Shown here: positions 1 through 8,616 of the stretch, in pieces
How positions within the stretch are numbered: the stretch's first letter is position 1
Layout of the letters: each line of letters starts with the position of its first letter
NCBI GenBank assembly: GCA_964573185.1
Contig: CAZNIQ010000006.1
Coordinates: 1 to 28,314 of the forward strand
Direction: 5' to 3'
Source: Candidatus Woesearchaeota archaeon
GTDB lineage: Archaea > Nanobdellota > Nanobdellia > Nanobdellales > CAZNIQ01
DNA: 28,314 nucleotides
Program-made: the position numbers and the translations under genes
The notes under the pieces: generated by a model
What the model saw: the letters and a program-made list of their open reading frames with translations, nothing else
Told to the model about the DNA's origin: nothing
Databases searched by the model: none

Positions 1-101
1 AAATAATGGAAGAAAATAGAGAAATAAAGGAAATAGAGATAAATCCATTTATGGTAAATGATAGAGAAGGTTATGCTGTTGATGTAAGGATTATAAGATG
101 A
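1..101 (+). CDS. 3' end of an ORF entering from upstream of the window; product unknown
   Basis: Frame 3 is open from the window edge to TGA at 99-101 (..MEENREIKEIEINPFMVNDREGYAVDVRIIR*). The stop overlaps the ATG at 98 as ATGA, the coupling style used throughout this window. An ATG at 4 could instead make it a 31-aa mini-ORF. Confidence 0.25.
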   Translation, partial: IMEENREIKEIEINPFMVNDREGYAVDVRIIR

Positions 102-817
102 GGATTAAGGCTAAATGTGTTGGAAGAGAAATTGATACTAAAAGATTAGCAAAGGAGTTAGGAATAACAAAAAGAATTAAGTGGGAAGAGCCGATAGAAA
201 TAGAAAAGAATGTTTACGTTTACAGCTTCGGCGTTATAGTTACAATAGATAGAGATTTTGATAGCATCCAATTAAAAGATTATATTTATGAACCATTTTA
301 TTATGAAGAAGAAATTGAAGTAAAAGAAGGGAAGGAAATAAAAATAGAAGACGACACTTTATATGTTCCAAAAATAACAGAGGATATTATAAAAGCAGTA
401 TCCTTTGTTTTAGCCCAATATGTTGCAATAAAAAGAATTGAATACAAGGTAGAAAAACTTGGAGACGATTTAGAAAAAATAATAGAAGATATGGGAAATC
501 CTTTTAAAAGGAGAAAAATAATTAAGGAACTGAAAATATTGTTACTGGAAAGACATTATCTTATTAACGATTTATATGTTTTTGATGAACCGGAGTTTCT
601 TGAAGAACTTTCAGATGATGCTCAAATAGTTTATAGAAAACTCTGGAGATATTTGGAAATCGATAGTATAAAAAGAATTGTTAATTTAAAGCTAGAAAAT
701 TACTTAGAAACGGCTAGAACTATTTTAGAATATATAGAAGCTTCTTCAGAGATTTTACTCGAATTAATGATAGTATTGCTATTTATTCTTGATATAATAT
801 TATATTTTGCTAGCTAG
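98..817 (+). CDS. DUF155 / RMND1-like (YagE, COG1723) family protein with a C-terminal TM helix
   Basis: 239-aa ORF. The N-terminal KAKCVGREID..L, the VYVYSFGVIVTID strand, SFVLAQYVAIKRIE, and the C-terminal PEFLEE..VYRKLWRYLEI..R..NLKL followed by one hydrophobic helix match the DUF155 layout as I recall it. Confidence 0.6.
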   Translation: MRIKAKCVGREIDTKRLAKELGITKRIKWEEPIEIEKNVYVYSFGVIVTIDRDFDSIQLKDYIYEPFYYEEEIEVKEGKEIKIEDDTLYVPKITEDIIKAVSFVLAQYVAIKRIEYKVEKLGDDLEKIIEDMGNPFKRRKIIKELKILLLERHYLINDLYVFDEPEFLEELSDDAQIVYRKLWRYLEIDSIKRIVNLKLENYLETARTILEYIEASSEILLELMIVLLFILDIILYFAS

Positions 818-1555
818 TTCCAACATCTTTTCATAAAATTTTTTAGCACGCTCCCTCCAGATTTCAAGATTCTCTGGAGAAATTTCATTTATTTCCCCAT
901 GCGCAATCTTGTGTATTATTTCATATATTTCTTTGTACCACTTTACATAAATTTTCGGTACTTTCTCATCTCTTTCTAGTAATTTTGGAATTTCTTCTGG
1001 GGAAGGAGCCAATCCCTTTGTCATTAGGTATACCTGAGCAGAATCTACGAAAACCCAATACAAAGCTTCCAAAGCTTTTAGAGTGTAGAATTTGTAAGCT
1101 CTGAAATGAATTGGTAATCTTTGAATCAAAAATTCTATTGCCTCTTTTGAAGGATAAATTTTTCCCATTTTCAATAAACCTTGCATGGTTTTGAACAATC
1201 CTAAAGAATCTACTATTGGAACTGATTCCCTTAAAATATTTATAGCCAGAGGATCTCCAATTCTTAGCATATCCCAGAAAGTAGACAGAGTAATTGTATT
1301 CAAATGAATTTTTTTAAATTCTTCTTTTGAAGCTAGAATCTTTGCAACTTCCTCTCTATACCAAGATCTTACAACTTCATTCCAAATATTATTTACATCA
1401 TCAACTATAACTATGATATCTATATCGGATTTTTCTGTTGATTTTCCTTTAGCCTGAGAACCAAATAAAGCTATAACTCTTATTAAACCATCAAATTTTT
1501 CCATTAGTTTTCTAGAGAAATCTTGGACAATGTCTATTACTTGTAATTTTTCCAT
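800..1555 (-). CDS. Polymerase-beta-type nucleotidyltransferase fused to a helical HEPN-like / KNTase-C-like domain
   Basis: LFGSQAKGKSTEKSDIDIIVIVDD is the GS..(n)..DxD minimal NTase motif. The all-helical C-terminal half carries IIHKIAHGE, which resembles the RNxxxHG motif of MNT-associated HEPN domains but has His at the Arg position. Confidence 0.7.
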   Translation of the reverse strand: MEKLQVIDIVQDFSRKLMEKFDGLIRVIALFGSQAKGKSTEKSDIDIIVIVDDVNNIWNEVVRSWYREEVAKILASKEEFKKIHLNTITLSTFWDMLRIGDPLAINILRESVPIVDSLGLFKTMQGLLKMGKIYPSKEAIEFLIQRLPIHFRAYKFYTLKALEALYWVFVDSAQVYLMTKGLAPSPEEIPKLLERDEKVPKIYVKWYKEIYEIIHKIAHGEINEISPENLEIWRERAKKFYEKMLELASKI

Positions 1556-1558
1556 AAT

Positions 1559-3217
1559 TTATTTTAGTTTCTTCCTTTTATAAATTTCAAAGAGCTTATT
1601 TACATCTATCTCGAACACTACTACAGGATTCTCTAAGTCTAGCTCTTCTAAAATTTCTGGATGCACTTCTCCAACATATCCTATCTCTTTACCTTCTACA
1701 ATTATCCTCCCAGTTCTTCCTTCAATTAAGAAAGGTTTTTTACCATGTTCTAATTCGTATTTTAATCCTAAAGCTTTAAATAATGCTTCTAATCTTCTTT
1801 TAGCATCTGTAAATGTTACAGAATAATCAGTTAGTCCCCAAGCTAGGTAATATTTTTCTTCTATTTTTTCATTTGGAATTACTACCTCTCCTATCTCAAA
1901 GACTTCTTGAGGTAATGGAGCTTTCTTATTATAAACAAAGAACTCTAGAATTTGAGGAACAATTGAAGATCTTAGAACATTATATTTTTCAGATACGGGA
2001 TTTTCTATTTCTAATGTTTTGAATCCAAAGATTTCAAATAGTCTTTTTTCAGAAAGAACAGGACTATAGATTTCTAAAGCACCTACACCAATCATTATCT
2101 CTCTTAATAAATCAATAAACCTCTTTATTTCGAGTTCTCTGCCTATTGTATATATCTTAGCAATCCTTGGCTCTATTTTATTATAACCATAAGCTATAAC
2201 TAATTCTTCTAAGATATCTTGTGCTGAGAAAATATCGTTTCTATAATTCAACCATTTTACAACTAGCTTTTCATCTTTCTTTTCAACATTAAACCTTTTT
2301 CTTTCTAGCAATTCGATTATTTCTTTTTCAGATAAATCCAAACCAGATAATCTCTTTAAATAATCGATATTCACTTCTAAAGATTTTATTTCTAAAATGG
2401 GTGTCTCTATAATTTTATCTGGATAAATTATTTTAACAGTTTCAATTTTTCCACCTCTTTCAGCTAATGCAGTAACTATTACATTCAAGGCTGTTAGAAC
2501 GGAGTCAAAATCCGTACCAGTAACATCAATAAAAATATTTCTAGTTTCCGGTGTCAATCTTCCAATTGTATTAGAATTTATAATTGGCGGGAATGATAAA
2601 ACTTCATTTTTAGCATCTATTAAAATAGGATATTTGTCTAACCCTTCCAAGATCCATGCAAATTCTTTTCCTTTTTCAGTTTCTTTTAAGATCTCATCTA
2701 AATACATTTCTCTAGTCTCATATAATGGAACAAACTTAACTTCTCTTGGCTTTACAGCCTTGTAATATACCGGGAATTTTATTAAATCAAAATTATGTGT
2801 TCCTATTGCAACTTTTCTCCTTTTTCTTCCAAAGGTATACATAACTTTATCTTGTAATTGGATTAAAGATGATAAGCCCTCTTCCCTTAAATTAACACTC
2901 TTAACAACAGCACAAGCAATATAAGGTCTTATTTTTAATACTTCCCTATCAACTATAACTTCATAATTTCCTTTTTCTATCTTGTATTTCGGAATACCTT
3001 TTTCTATATTTAATATTCCTTTTAATTCTCTAGCTATTCCTTCTACGGACCAAAGATCTGGTCTATTTGTATCTTTCATTTCAAGCTTTAATTTGTCATC
3101 AGACCACTCATCTATCTCTGCTTTAACATAAGAGAACAATTCTTCTAAGTCGTAATTGTTTAGAGATACTCCTAAAAGTTTTTCCAAGTCCTTTAAGGAT
3201 ATTTCGATTACGGGCAT
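1559..3217 (-). CDS. pheT: Phenylalanyl-tRNA synthetase beta subunit (archaeal type)
   Basis: The ORF product has the archaeal PheT architecture with the canonical N-terminus MPVIEISLKDLEKLLG. I place the start at the internal ATG 3217-3215, which forms a TAATG junction with the pheS stop. The ORF-track ATG at 3250 would add 11 residues lying inside pheS. Confidence 0.9.
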   Translation of the reverse strand: MPVIEISLKDLEKLLGVSLNNYDLEELFSYVKAEIDEWSDDKLKLEMKDTNRPDLWSVEGIARELKGILNIEKGIPKYKIEKGNYEVIVDREVLKIRPYIACAVVKSVNLREEGLSSLIQLQDKVMYTFGRKRRKVAIGTHNFDLIKFPVYYKAVKPREVKFVPLYETREMYLDEILKETEKGKEFAWILEGLDKYPILIDAKNEVLSFPPIINSNTIGRLTPETRNIFIDVTGTDFDSVLTALNVIVTALAERGGKIETVKIIYPDKIIETPILEIKSLEVNIDYLKRLSGLDLSEKEIIELLERKRFNVEKKDEKLVVKWLNYRNDIFSAQDILEELVIAYGYNKIEPRIAKIYTIGRELEIKRFIDLLREIMIGVGALEIYSPVLSEKRLFEIFGFKTLEIENPVSEKYNVLRSSIVPQILEFFVYNKKAPLPQEVFEIGEVVIPNEKIEEKYYLAWGLTDYSVTFTDAKRRLEALFKALGLKYELEHGKKPFLIEGRTGRIIVEGKEIGYVGEVHPEILEELDLENPVVVFEIDVNKLFEIYKRKKLK

Positions 3218-4683
3218 TATATAAAGGGTATTTCTTTTTCTTTTAACCAATTAATATCTTTTGCCCAGAGTAATCTTATATCATCAATTCCTAAAGCTAT
3301 CATTGCCATTCTATCTATTCCTAATCCCCATGCTATTACCGGAACTTTTATTCCAAACGGCCTCAAGAGTTCTTCTCTAAACAAACCTGCACCTCCTATT
3401 TCAATCCAACCTAACTTAGGATGTTTAACATATAATTCAACTGAAGGTTCTGTAAATGGAAAGTACGCTGGATAGAACTTGACTTTCTCTATTCCCAAAA
3501 CTTCTTTTGAAAGCTCTTTTAATAAGCCTAAAAGATCTCTGAAAGTTATAGACTCATCTAAAACTATTCCTTCTAATTGTCTAAATTCAATAAAATGTTT
3601 AGCATCAATAGTATCTGGTCTAAACACCCTTTCTATGGCAAAATATTTTCCTGGTATCTTAACTTTCCTTAAAGTTAAAGCAGATAGAGCAGTAACTTGT
3701 GATCTTAGAATAGCTCTTTTAGCAATATCGTCTTTCCAGAATTTCCAATATTTTAAATGTTCTTGTTTTACCTTTTCGAAAAGTTCTTTTGGGAAATCCT
3801 CAAGAAATCTGGGTTCCTTTAAGAAGAAAATATCATGGATCTCTCTTGAAGGATGATCTTGAGGCATAAATAAAGCATCACAATTCCAGAAAGAAGATAA
3901 GACAATAGGACCTTCCATTTCTTCAAATCCCATAGATAATAAAATTTTTCTAACATATTCTAAGAATTTTAGATATGGATGTTTCTTTCCAAGCTTATAT
4001 GGTTCTACCGGAGTCTTTATATCAAATTCTCTAAACTCCTTACCTTTCCATTCTTTCTTAACAATGATATCTCTCGTTAAAACCTCTATAAATTCTATTT
4101 TTCCTAATTGATCTTTTACCTTCAAACCTTCCTCTGTAGCTCTAACATAATATTCTTTTATAATTTCTCTTTTAATTAAGCCTCTCTTAATTAATTCTGG
4201 TATTAAAGCTCTTTCTTCCAAACTCAATTCTTCTCCTTTAATTATCTTCTTCAAAACTTTATCTTCAGGGATATCTATTTCTTTAACTAAAATTAACTTT
4301 AACTTTCCTTTTTCCTTTGAAATAACTATAGCGTTTTTTCTTTTTAGTGTACCCAAAGCAATGGAAAATTCTTCAGGAGAAAACTTATCTTTAACATCTT
4401 CTGCATAAACTTCTTTCTTTTCTTTTAAAATATTTAATAATCTTAGTTCCGGTAGCTCTTTGTCTCTATATTCCAATCCTTTAGCTGTTGGTATAAGTAT
4501 TTCTTTTATTTCTTCTTTTATTTCTGCTAATCCCTTTTCTTTTAACCATCCAGCTGCTCTTAAAACTGATACTTCCTCTAAATTTGCTTCTTTTGAAAGC
4601 TCTTTAACAGATTTGAATTCAGAAGTTAAAAATTGAAGGAGCTTTCTTTCTAGAGGGTGTAACTTTTTTATTATATCCTTCAT
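3217..4683 (-). CDS. pheS: Phenylalanyl-tRNA synthetase alpha subunit (archaeal type, N-terminal wHTH repeats)
   Basis: Class II core motifs are present: FMPQDHPSREIHD, FRPDTIDAKHFIEFRQLEG and AWGLGIDRMAM. The gene sits immediately upstream of pheT and overlaps it. Confidence 0.92.
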   Translation of the reverse strand: MKDIIKKLHPLERKLLQFLTSEFKSVKELSKEANLEEVSVLRAAGWLKEKGLAEIKEEIKEILIPTAKGLEYRDKELPELRLLNILKEKKEVYAEDVKDKFSPEEFSIALGTLKRKNAIVISKEKGKLKLILVKEIDIPEDKVLKKIIKGEELSLEERALIPELIKRGLIKREIIKEYYVRATEEGLKVKDQLGKIEFIEVLTRDIIVKKEWKGKEFREFDIKTPVEPYKLGKKHPYLKFLEYVRKILLSMGFEEMEGPIVLSSFWNCDALFMPQDHPSREIHDIFFLKEPRFLEDFPKELFEKVKQEHLKYWKFWKDDIAKRAILRSQVTALSALTLRKVKIPGKYFAIERVFRPDTIDAKHFIEFRQLEGIVLDESITFRDLLGLLKELSKEVLGIEKVKFYPAYFPFTEPSVELYVKHPKLGWIEIGGAGLFREELLRPFGIKVPVIAWGLGIDRMAMIALGIDDIRLLWAKDINWLKEKEIPFI

Positions 4684-4970
4684 AACTTCAAAGCTTTCAT
4701 TATTTGTTCTAACTCCCTTTCTTTCTCTTCTTCTTTTAATTGTCTAATCCAATCTGATCTATGTATTCCTCTAAATCTTGCGCAAGAAGGGCAGACATAA
4801 GCTTTTATCGGTGCTGCCATTACCAACACTGGTTTTTCAGATTCTTTTACCTCCGGTACTAAATTTGGTCTGATGATCACTGGTATAGCTTTTGACCTCG
4901 GTAATCGTCTCCCACAGAAGTAACAGTATACAAATTGTTTTGCGGGTTTGAACTCATATTTCCTAGCCAC
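4680..4970 (-). CDS. rps26e: Ribosomal protein eS26
   Basis: 96 aa with a GTG start. CYFCGRRLPRSKAIPV ... AYVCPSCARF reproduces the eS26 pattern C-x2-C-x3-P-x-(D/S)KAI ... Y-x-C-x2-CA. The stop overlaps the pheS start by 4 nt. Confidence 0.6.
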   Translation of the reverse strand: MARKYEFKPAKQFVYCYFCGRRLPRSKAIPVIIRPNLVPEVKESEKPVLVMAAPIKAYVCPSCARFRGIHRSDWIRQLKEEEKERELEQIMKALKL

Positions 4971-5007
4971 GAAAGAACATAAAAATAATCATTTATAAAA
5001 TTTATAT
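4971..5007. promoter_or_regulatory. Compact divergent promoter spacer (rps26e-pheS-pheT leftward, serS rightward)
   Basis: The 37-nt spacer is almost pure A/T. CATAAAAATAATC is centred about 24 nt before the serS ATG at 5008. TTTTATAAATG on the minus strand is centred about 25 nt before the rps26e GTG at 4970. This spacing fits archaeal TATA boxes driving leaderless mRNAs. Confidence 0.35.
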
Positions 5008-6567
5008 ATGTGGCCGGTAGACATCAAACTTTTAAGGGAAAAACCTGAACTTTTTAAAGAAGTTTTTAGAAAAAGATTTCTTGATGAAAGTTTGGTTGAT
5101 AAAGCTTTAAATCTAGATAAAAAATGGAGAGAAAAACAGAAGGAAGTTGAATTCTTAAGATCAAAAATAAATAAATTATCTAAGCTTTATGCTTATTTAA
5201 AAAGAAATCAAGGAAAAATAGATGAAGAAGAGTTGAAAAAGCAAAAATTATATGAAATCTATAAAGAAATAGAAGGAAAAATTAAAGAAAAAGGTATAGA
5301 TTTTATAAGAGAGTACGTTAAGAAAATAGAAGAAGAATTAAAAGAAAAGGAAAAAGAAGCTGATAAATTAAAGAAAGAATTAATAGATTTGCTTTGGAGA
5401 TTTCCTAATTTCTTAGATGAAGATGTTCCTATTGGACCTGATGATACTTATAACGTTCCTATAAGATTTTGGGGTATTCCTAAAGTTCATAAAAAATATT
5501 TGGATCAATTTAAAGAGCAAACTGAAAAATGGGGTTGGAAGATTATTGAAATTAGAAAGCTCAATGAAAAATATATAAAAGACAAATTGCTGTATAAGGA
5601 AATTTTGGAATATGATATATGGGACTTTGATTTAAATGAAGCAATTGATTTTGAAAAGTTAAATAAAGATAGGATAGTGGTATACAAAGAAATTTATTGG
5701 GAACCTAAGCATCATTATGATTTGGTTAAGGAATTCAAGTTAGCAGATACTGATAAAGCTGGTGAAGTTGCTGGCTCAAGATTTTATTATGAATTTGGAA
5801 AGTTGGTATTATTGGATTTAGCTTTAGCTCTATTTGCAATAAATTATTTAATGAAAAAAGGATACAAACCTGTTATACCCCCATATATGTTAAGATTAGA
5901 AATTATTAATGGCGTATTAGATTATGAAACGTTTAAAGATATGATATATAAAATAGAGGGAGAGGATTTAGTTTTGATAGGTACGGCAGAACATCCATTA
6001 ACAGCTTTATACGCGAATACAATATTAGAGGAAGATGATTTACCTATTAAGCTTGTAGGTTGGTCTCCTTGCTTCAGAAAAGAAGCTGGTGCTGCTAATA
6101 AGGATTTAAAAGGAATATTTAGAGTACATCAATTCCATAAAGTAGAGCAATATATTTTCTGTAAACCAGAAGAATCTAAGAGATATCATGAAGAACTAAT
6201 AAGAAATGCTGAAGAGTTACATCAAAAATTAGGATTACCTTATAGAATAGTGAATATAGCTTCAGGAGATTTAGGTTTACCCGCCTATAAGAAATATGAT
6301 TTAGAAGCTTGGTTTCCTGCACAAGGAAAATATAGAGAACTTGTATCAGGATCTAATGTCACAGATTGGCAAGCTAGAAGATTAAATATAAGGTTTAGGA
6401 GAAAAGATGGTAAAATAGAATATGTGCATACTTTGAATTGTACTGGTTTAGCTCATCAGAGAGTTTTAACGGCAATTCTAGAGAACTACTATGATCCTGA
6501 AAAGGAAATAATAAGAGTTCCAAGGGAATTGACAAAATTAACTGGAATAGAAATTATTGAAAAATGA
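5008..6567 (+). CDS. serS: Seryl-tRNA synthetase (bacterial-type core, with an extended arm and a lineage-specific insertion)
   Basis: N-terminal VDIKLLREKPE is present, along with class II SerRS blocks GTAEHPL, CFRKEAG, FRVHQFHKVEQ, YDLEAWFPAQGKYRELVSGSNVTDWQARRL and HTLNCTGLA.QR. At 519 aa it is longer than the typical ~430-450 aa. Confidence 0.92.
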   Translation: MWPVDIKLLREKPELFKEVFRKRFLDESLVDKALNLDKKWREKQKEVEFLRSKINKLSKLYAYLKRNQGKIDEEELKKQKLYEIYKEIEGKIKEKGIDFIREYVKKIEEELKEKEKEADKLKKELIDLLWRFPNFLDEDVPIGPDDTYNVPIRFWGIPKVHKKYLDQFKEQTEKWGWKIIEIRKLNEKYIKDKLLYKEILEYDIWDFDLNEAIDFEKLNKDRIVVYKEIYWEPKHHYDLVKEFKLADTDKAGEVAGSRFYYEFGKLVLLDLALALFAINYLMKKGYKPVIPPYMLRLEIINGVLDYETFKDMIYKIEGEDLVLIGTAEHPLTALYANTILEEDDLPIKLVGWSPCFRKEAGAANKDLKGIFRVHQFHKVEQYIFCKPEESKRYHEELIRNAEELHQKLGLPYRIVNIASGDLGLPAYKKYDLEAWFPAQGKYRELVSGSNVTDWQARRLNIRFRRKDGKIEYVHTLNCTGLAHQRVLTAILENYYDPEKEIIRVPRELTKLTGIEIIEK

Positions 6568-6899
6568 AATTCTATTATCTTTTACATCCAAGACCGATTG
6601 TAATTATAGGTTCAGGTAGCATTAAAAATAATGAAGTAAATTTTATGGCTTGTTCTGCTCAATTTCAGAAGAACGTGAAACTATAGACGTTGAAGATTAC
6701 TTCTTCATTGGAGGGGGTTATTAATTGGGAAGCAAAGAACTTTGATAAATTCGGTTGGAAAGAACATTGGAGAATACCCTTACACAAAGCAGGAAAAGCT
6801 TGTTTTCCCAGAGAAAAAATTAAGATTTATTCAATAGCACTTAATATTTCCTCGTCTTTTATTTTTCCTTTAATTGTAACCCCTGCTGCGTATTTATGA
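6564..6899 (+). pseudogene. Decayed flavin-reductase-like (flavoredoxin, PF01613-type) gene remnant
   Basis: The ATG at 6564 overlaps the serS stop (ATGA). MKFYYLLHPRPIVIIGSGSIKNNEVNFMACS matches the N-terminus of flavin reductase-like proteins (YxLL.PRPvvlv....G..N.M..SW). An in-frame TAG at 6684-6686 interrupts the frame, which then continues (LEGVINW..NFDKFGWKE, compare gEFvvN...vDKFe..Gl). The whole is only ~110 codons against the ~190 expected, and its tail runs into the convergent DHH gene. Confidence 0.4.
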
Positions 6900-7711
6900 C
6901 CCCCACCTCCCAATTTTTTAGCAACAGGTAAGACTTCTGTATTAGTTTGCGTTCTTATTTCTATTCTAGTTCCTTTGGGATTTTCATAAACGACGAAGAT
7001 GTAATCAAATTTATCTTCAATTCTATTAGAAATTATTTCATAAACAAAAAAAGTTGGTATCATTTCGTTGAGCCTTATAATTAATACTTTCTTTCCCGCA
7101 ACCTCATAAGGTCTTGCTTTTAAGATTATATCCAATATTTTTGTTTTTAACCACTCTCTATATTCTTTAACCAATTGTTTATATTGTTCTTTATCTAAAG
7201 CTTTTAATCCTAAATCAGCTAGTTCCTTGGCTAATAGATATAAATATTCATAATGAGATTTTTGATACTTCCATTTAAATGCTGCTATTAGATCTCTTAA
7301 GAAGAAAGCTTTTTCCGATTTCAAATTATTAGAGTCAATTTCTTCCCCTATTTTAACTAATTCTTTTGAAATATCATCGTTTAGGTTGAAATACTCTGCA
7401 ACAACTTTTACAGCAGAATTATAAGGTTTTACATAAAGTTCAACATTTTCGGGAGGATTTACCTTTTCCCATACGTGATGATCCAACCAAATTACTTTTT
7501 TGAAGGCAGATGCTACATTTAAGTGCTTCTGGTTTCCAGATAAATCTACTATAACTAATTCTTTTTCATCTCCTTGCTCATAAAGAATTCTTCCAAGAGT
7601 TCTCAGAAGATTTGTTGGGGAGGTAAAATAAACTTTTTCTACATTTATTTTTCTAAAAAGCAAAGCCAAAGATAATGTTCCATCCGCGTCATGATGCGTC
7701 ACAACAATCAT
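6827..7711 (-). CDS. DHH/DHHA1-family phosphoesterase (RecJ/NrnA-like, short form)
   Basis: Carries VVTHHDADG (DHH motifs I/II), WLDHHVW (the DHH motif) and C-terminal KLGGGGHKYAAG (the DHHA1 GGGH motif). Confidence 0.7.
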   Translation of the reverse strand: MIVVTHHDADGTLSLALLFRKINVEKVYFTSPTNLLRTLGRILYEQGDEKELVIVDLSGNQKHLNVASAFKKVIWLDHHVWEKVNPPENVELYVKPYNSAVKVVAEYFNLNDDISKELVKIGEEIDSNNLKSEKAFFLRDLIAAFKWKYQKSHYEYLYLLAKELADLGLKALDKEQYKQLVKEYREWLKTKILDIILKARPYEVAGKKVLIIRLNEMIPTFFVYEIISNRIEDKFDYIFVVYENPKGTRIEIRTQTNTEVLPVAKKLGGGGHKYAAGVTIKGKIKDEEILSAIE

Positions 7712-8616
7712 TTATTTGTTTTTTCCTTAATCTTTAAAATTTCTAGGTACTCCTGAAAGAGTGTTAAGATTATCGGCCCTAAGAAAATTCCAATAGAACC
7801 GAAGGTTATAGTTCCAGCAATTATACCTATGAGGATTAATCCTGGATGCAATTTCTCTTTGTAGCTAACTAAATGAGGAGTAAGAATAGTTCCTAAAAAA
7901 CTTAGAAAAACTCCCAGAAGAATGGATAGCATTCCTCTAAAGATATTTCCGATTAAAATATCATAAATTCCTAAAGGTATCCATACTGTCCAGACACCTA
8001 AAACAGGTAGGACCCCTGCAATGAATACTAGAAAAGAAAGTATTAAGGAAAAACGATATCCTAAAATCAAGAAAAATATAAAAGATAATGCAGCCTGAAT
8101 TAAAGATGTAAGAAAAACCCCATAAAATAGAGCATCCAAAGTTCTTCTGATTCTTTCAAAAAATTTCTCTTCTATAGGTAATAATTCTAACAAGGAAATT
8201 ATTCTATCTCTTTCGATTAAAAAATAATAAGAAATTATGAAAATTAAAAATAAATGTAAAAATATATCAGATATGTTTTTAAGATACGGAAGTACGTATT
8301 GTAATAAACTTGATAGTTGTTCTATTTGCAATTTTTGAAGATAAGGTGTTATAATAGACACTAAAGGTGCTATTTCATAAAGTAATCTATTAACAGCTAA
8401 ATAAGTTAGAAACAGTATTATTAATAAAGTGACAAATACTACCACGAAAGCAGAGAATCTCTTCTTCTTAGTTCTCTTGTATACAAATGAATAAAAGGGA
8501 TAAATTAAATAAGAAAATATTGCAGCCCAAAGGATATCATAGATGAGAGGATGAATTAGATAAAGCGTAAGAAAAGCTAAAAATAAAAATAGAATAAAAT
8601 TATACCTTCTTAACAC
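7708..8616 (-). CDS. AI-2E / PerM (UPF0118) family polytopic membrane protein
   Basis: About 8 predicted TM helices. The C-terminal block [18 protein letters not shown] ... [39 protein letters not shown] matches the conserved AI-2E family core as I recall it. Confidence 0.6.
   Translation of the reverse strand: MLRRYNFILFLFLAFLTLYLIHPLIYDILWAAIFSYLIYPFYSFVYKRTKKKRFSAFVVVFVTLLIILFLTYLAVNRLLYEIAPLVSIITPYLQKLQIEQLSSLLQYVLPYLKNISDIFLHLFLIFIISYYFLIERDRIISLLELLPIEEKFFERIRRTLDALFYGVFLTSLIQAALSFIFFLILGYRFSLILSFLVFIAGVLPVLGVWTVWIPLGIYDILIGNIFRGMLSILLGVFLSFLGTILTPHLVSYKEKLHPGLILIGIIAGTITFGSIGIFLGPIILTLFQEYLEILKIKEKTNK

Noticed and set aside
585-640. TGATGA ... AGATGATG strings inside the DUF155 gene as a possible C/D box sRNA.
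   Set aside because: No CTGA boxes occur at the required 12-nt spacing. The region codes FDEPEFLEELSDDAQ in a well-supported frame.
1813-2022. Antisense ORFs inside well-supported genes. Coordinates: 1813-2022, 3479-3856, 5505-5687, 8661-9200, 9955-10170, 11535-11729, 12713-12910, 13247-13510, 16231-16455, 19282-19560, 21215-21406, 22802-23020, 25915-26142, 26687-26896.
   Set aside because: Each lies fully opposite a CDS with strong family motifs. Their translations are low-complexity S/F/L/I/N strings with no motifs. Such shadow ORFs are expected in AT-rich DNA with few stop codons on the antisense of K/E-rich genes.
3218-3250. Longer pheT start at 3250.
   Set aside because: It would add MVKRKRNTLYI lying inside pheS. 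The conserved PheT N-terminus MPVIEI starts at 3217, in a TAATG junction with the pheS stop.
6684-6686. In-frame TAG read as pyrrolysine or programmed readthrough.
   Set aside because: The surrounding ORF also shows internal deletions relative to its family and a truncated, overlapping 3' end. No Pyl machinery or PYLIS-like context is visible, so a nonsense mutation in a pseudogene is the simpler reading.
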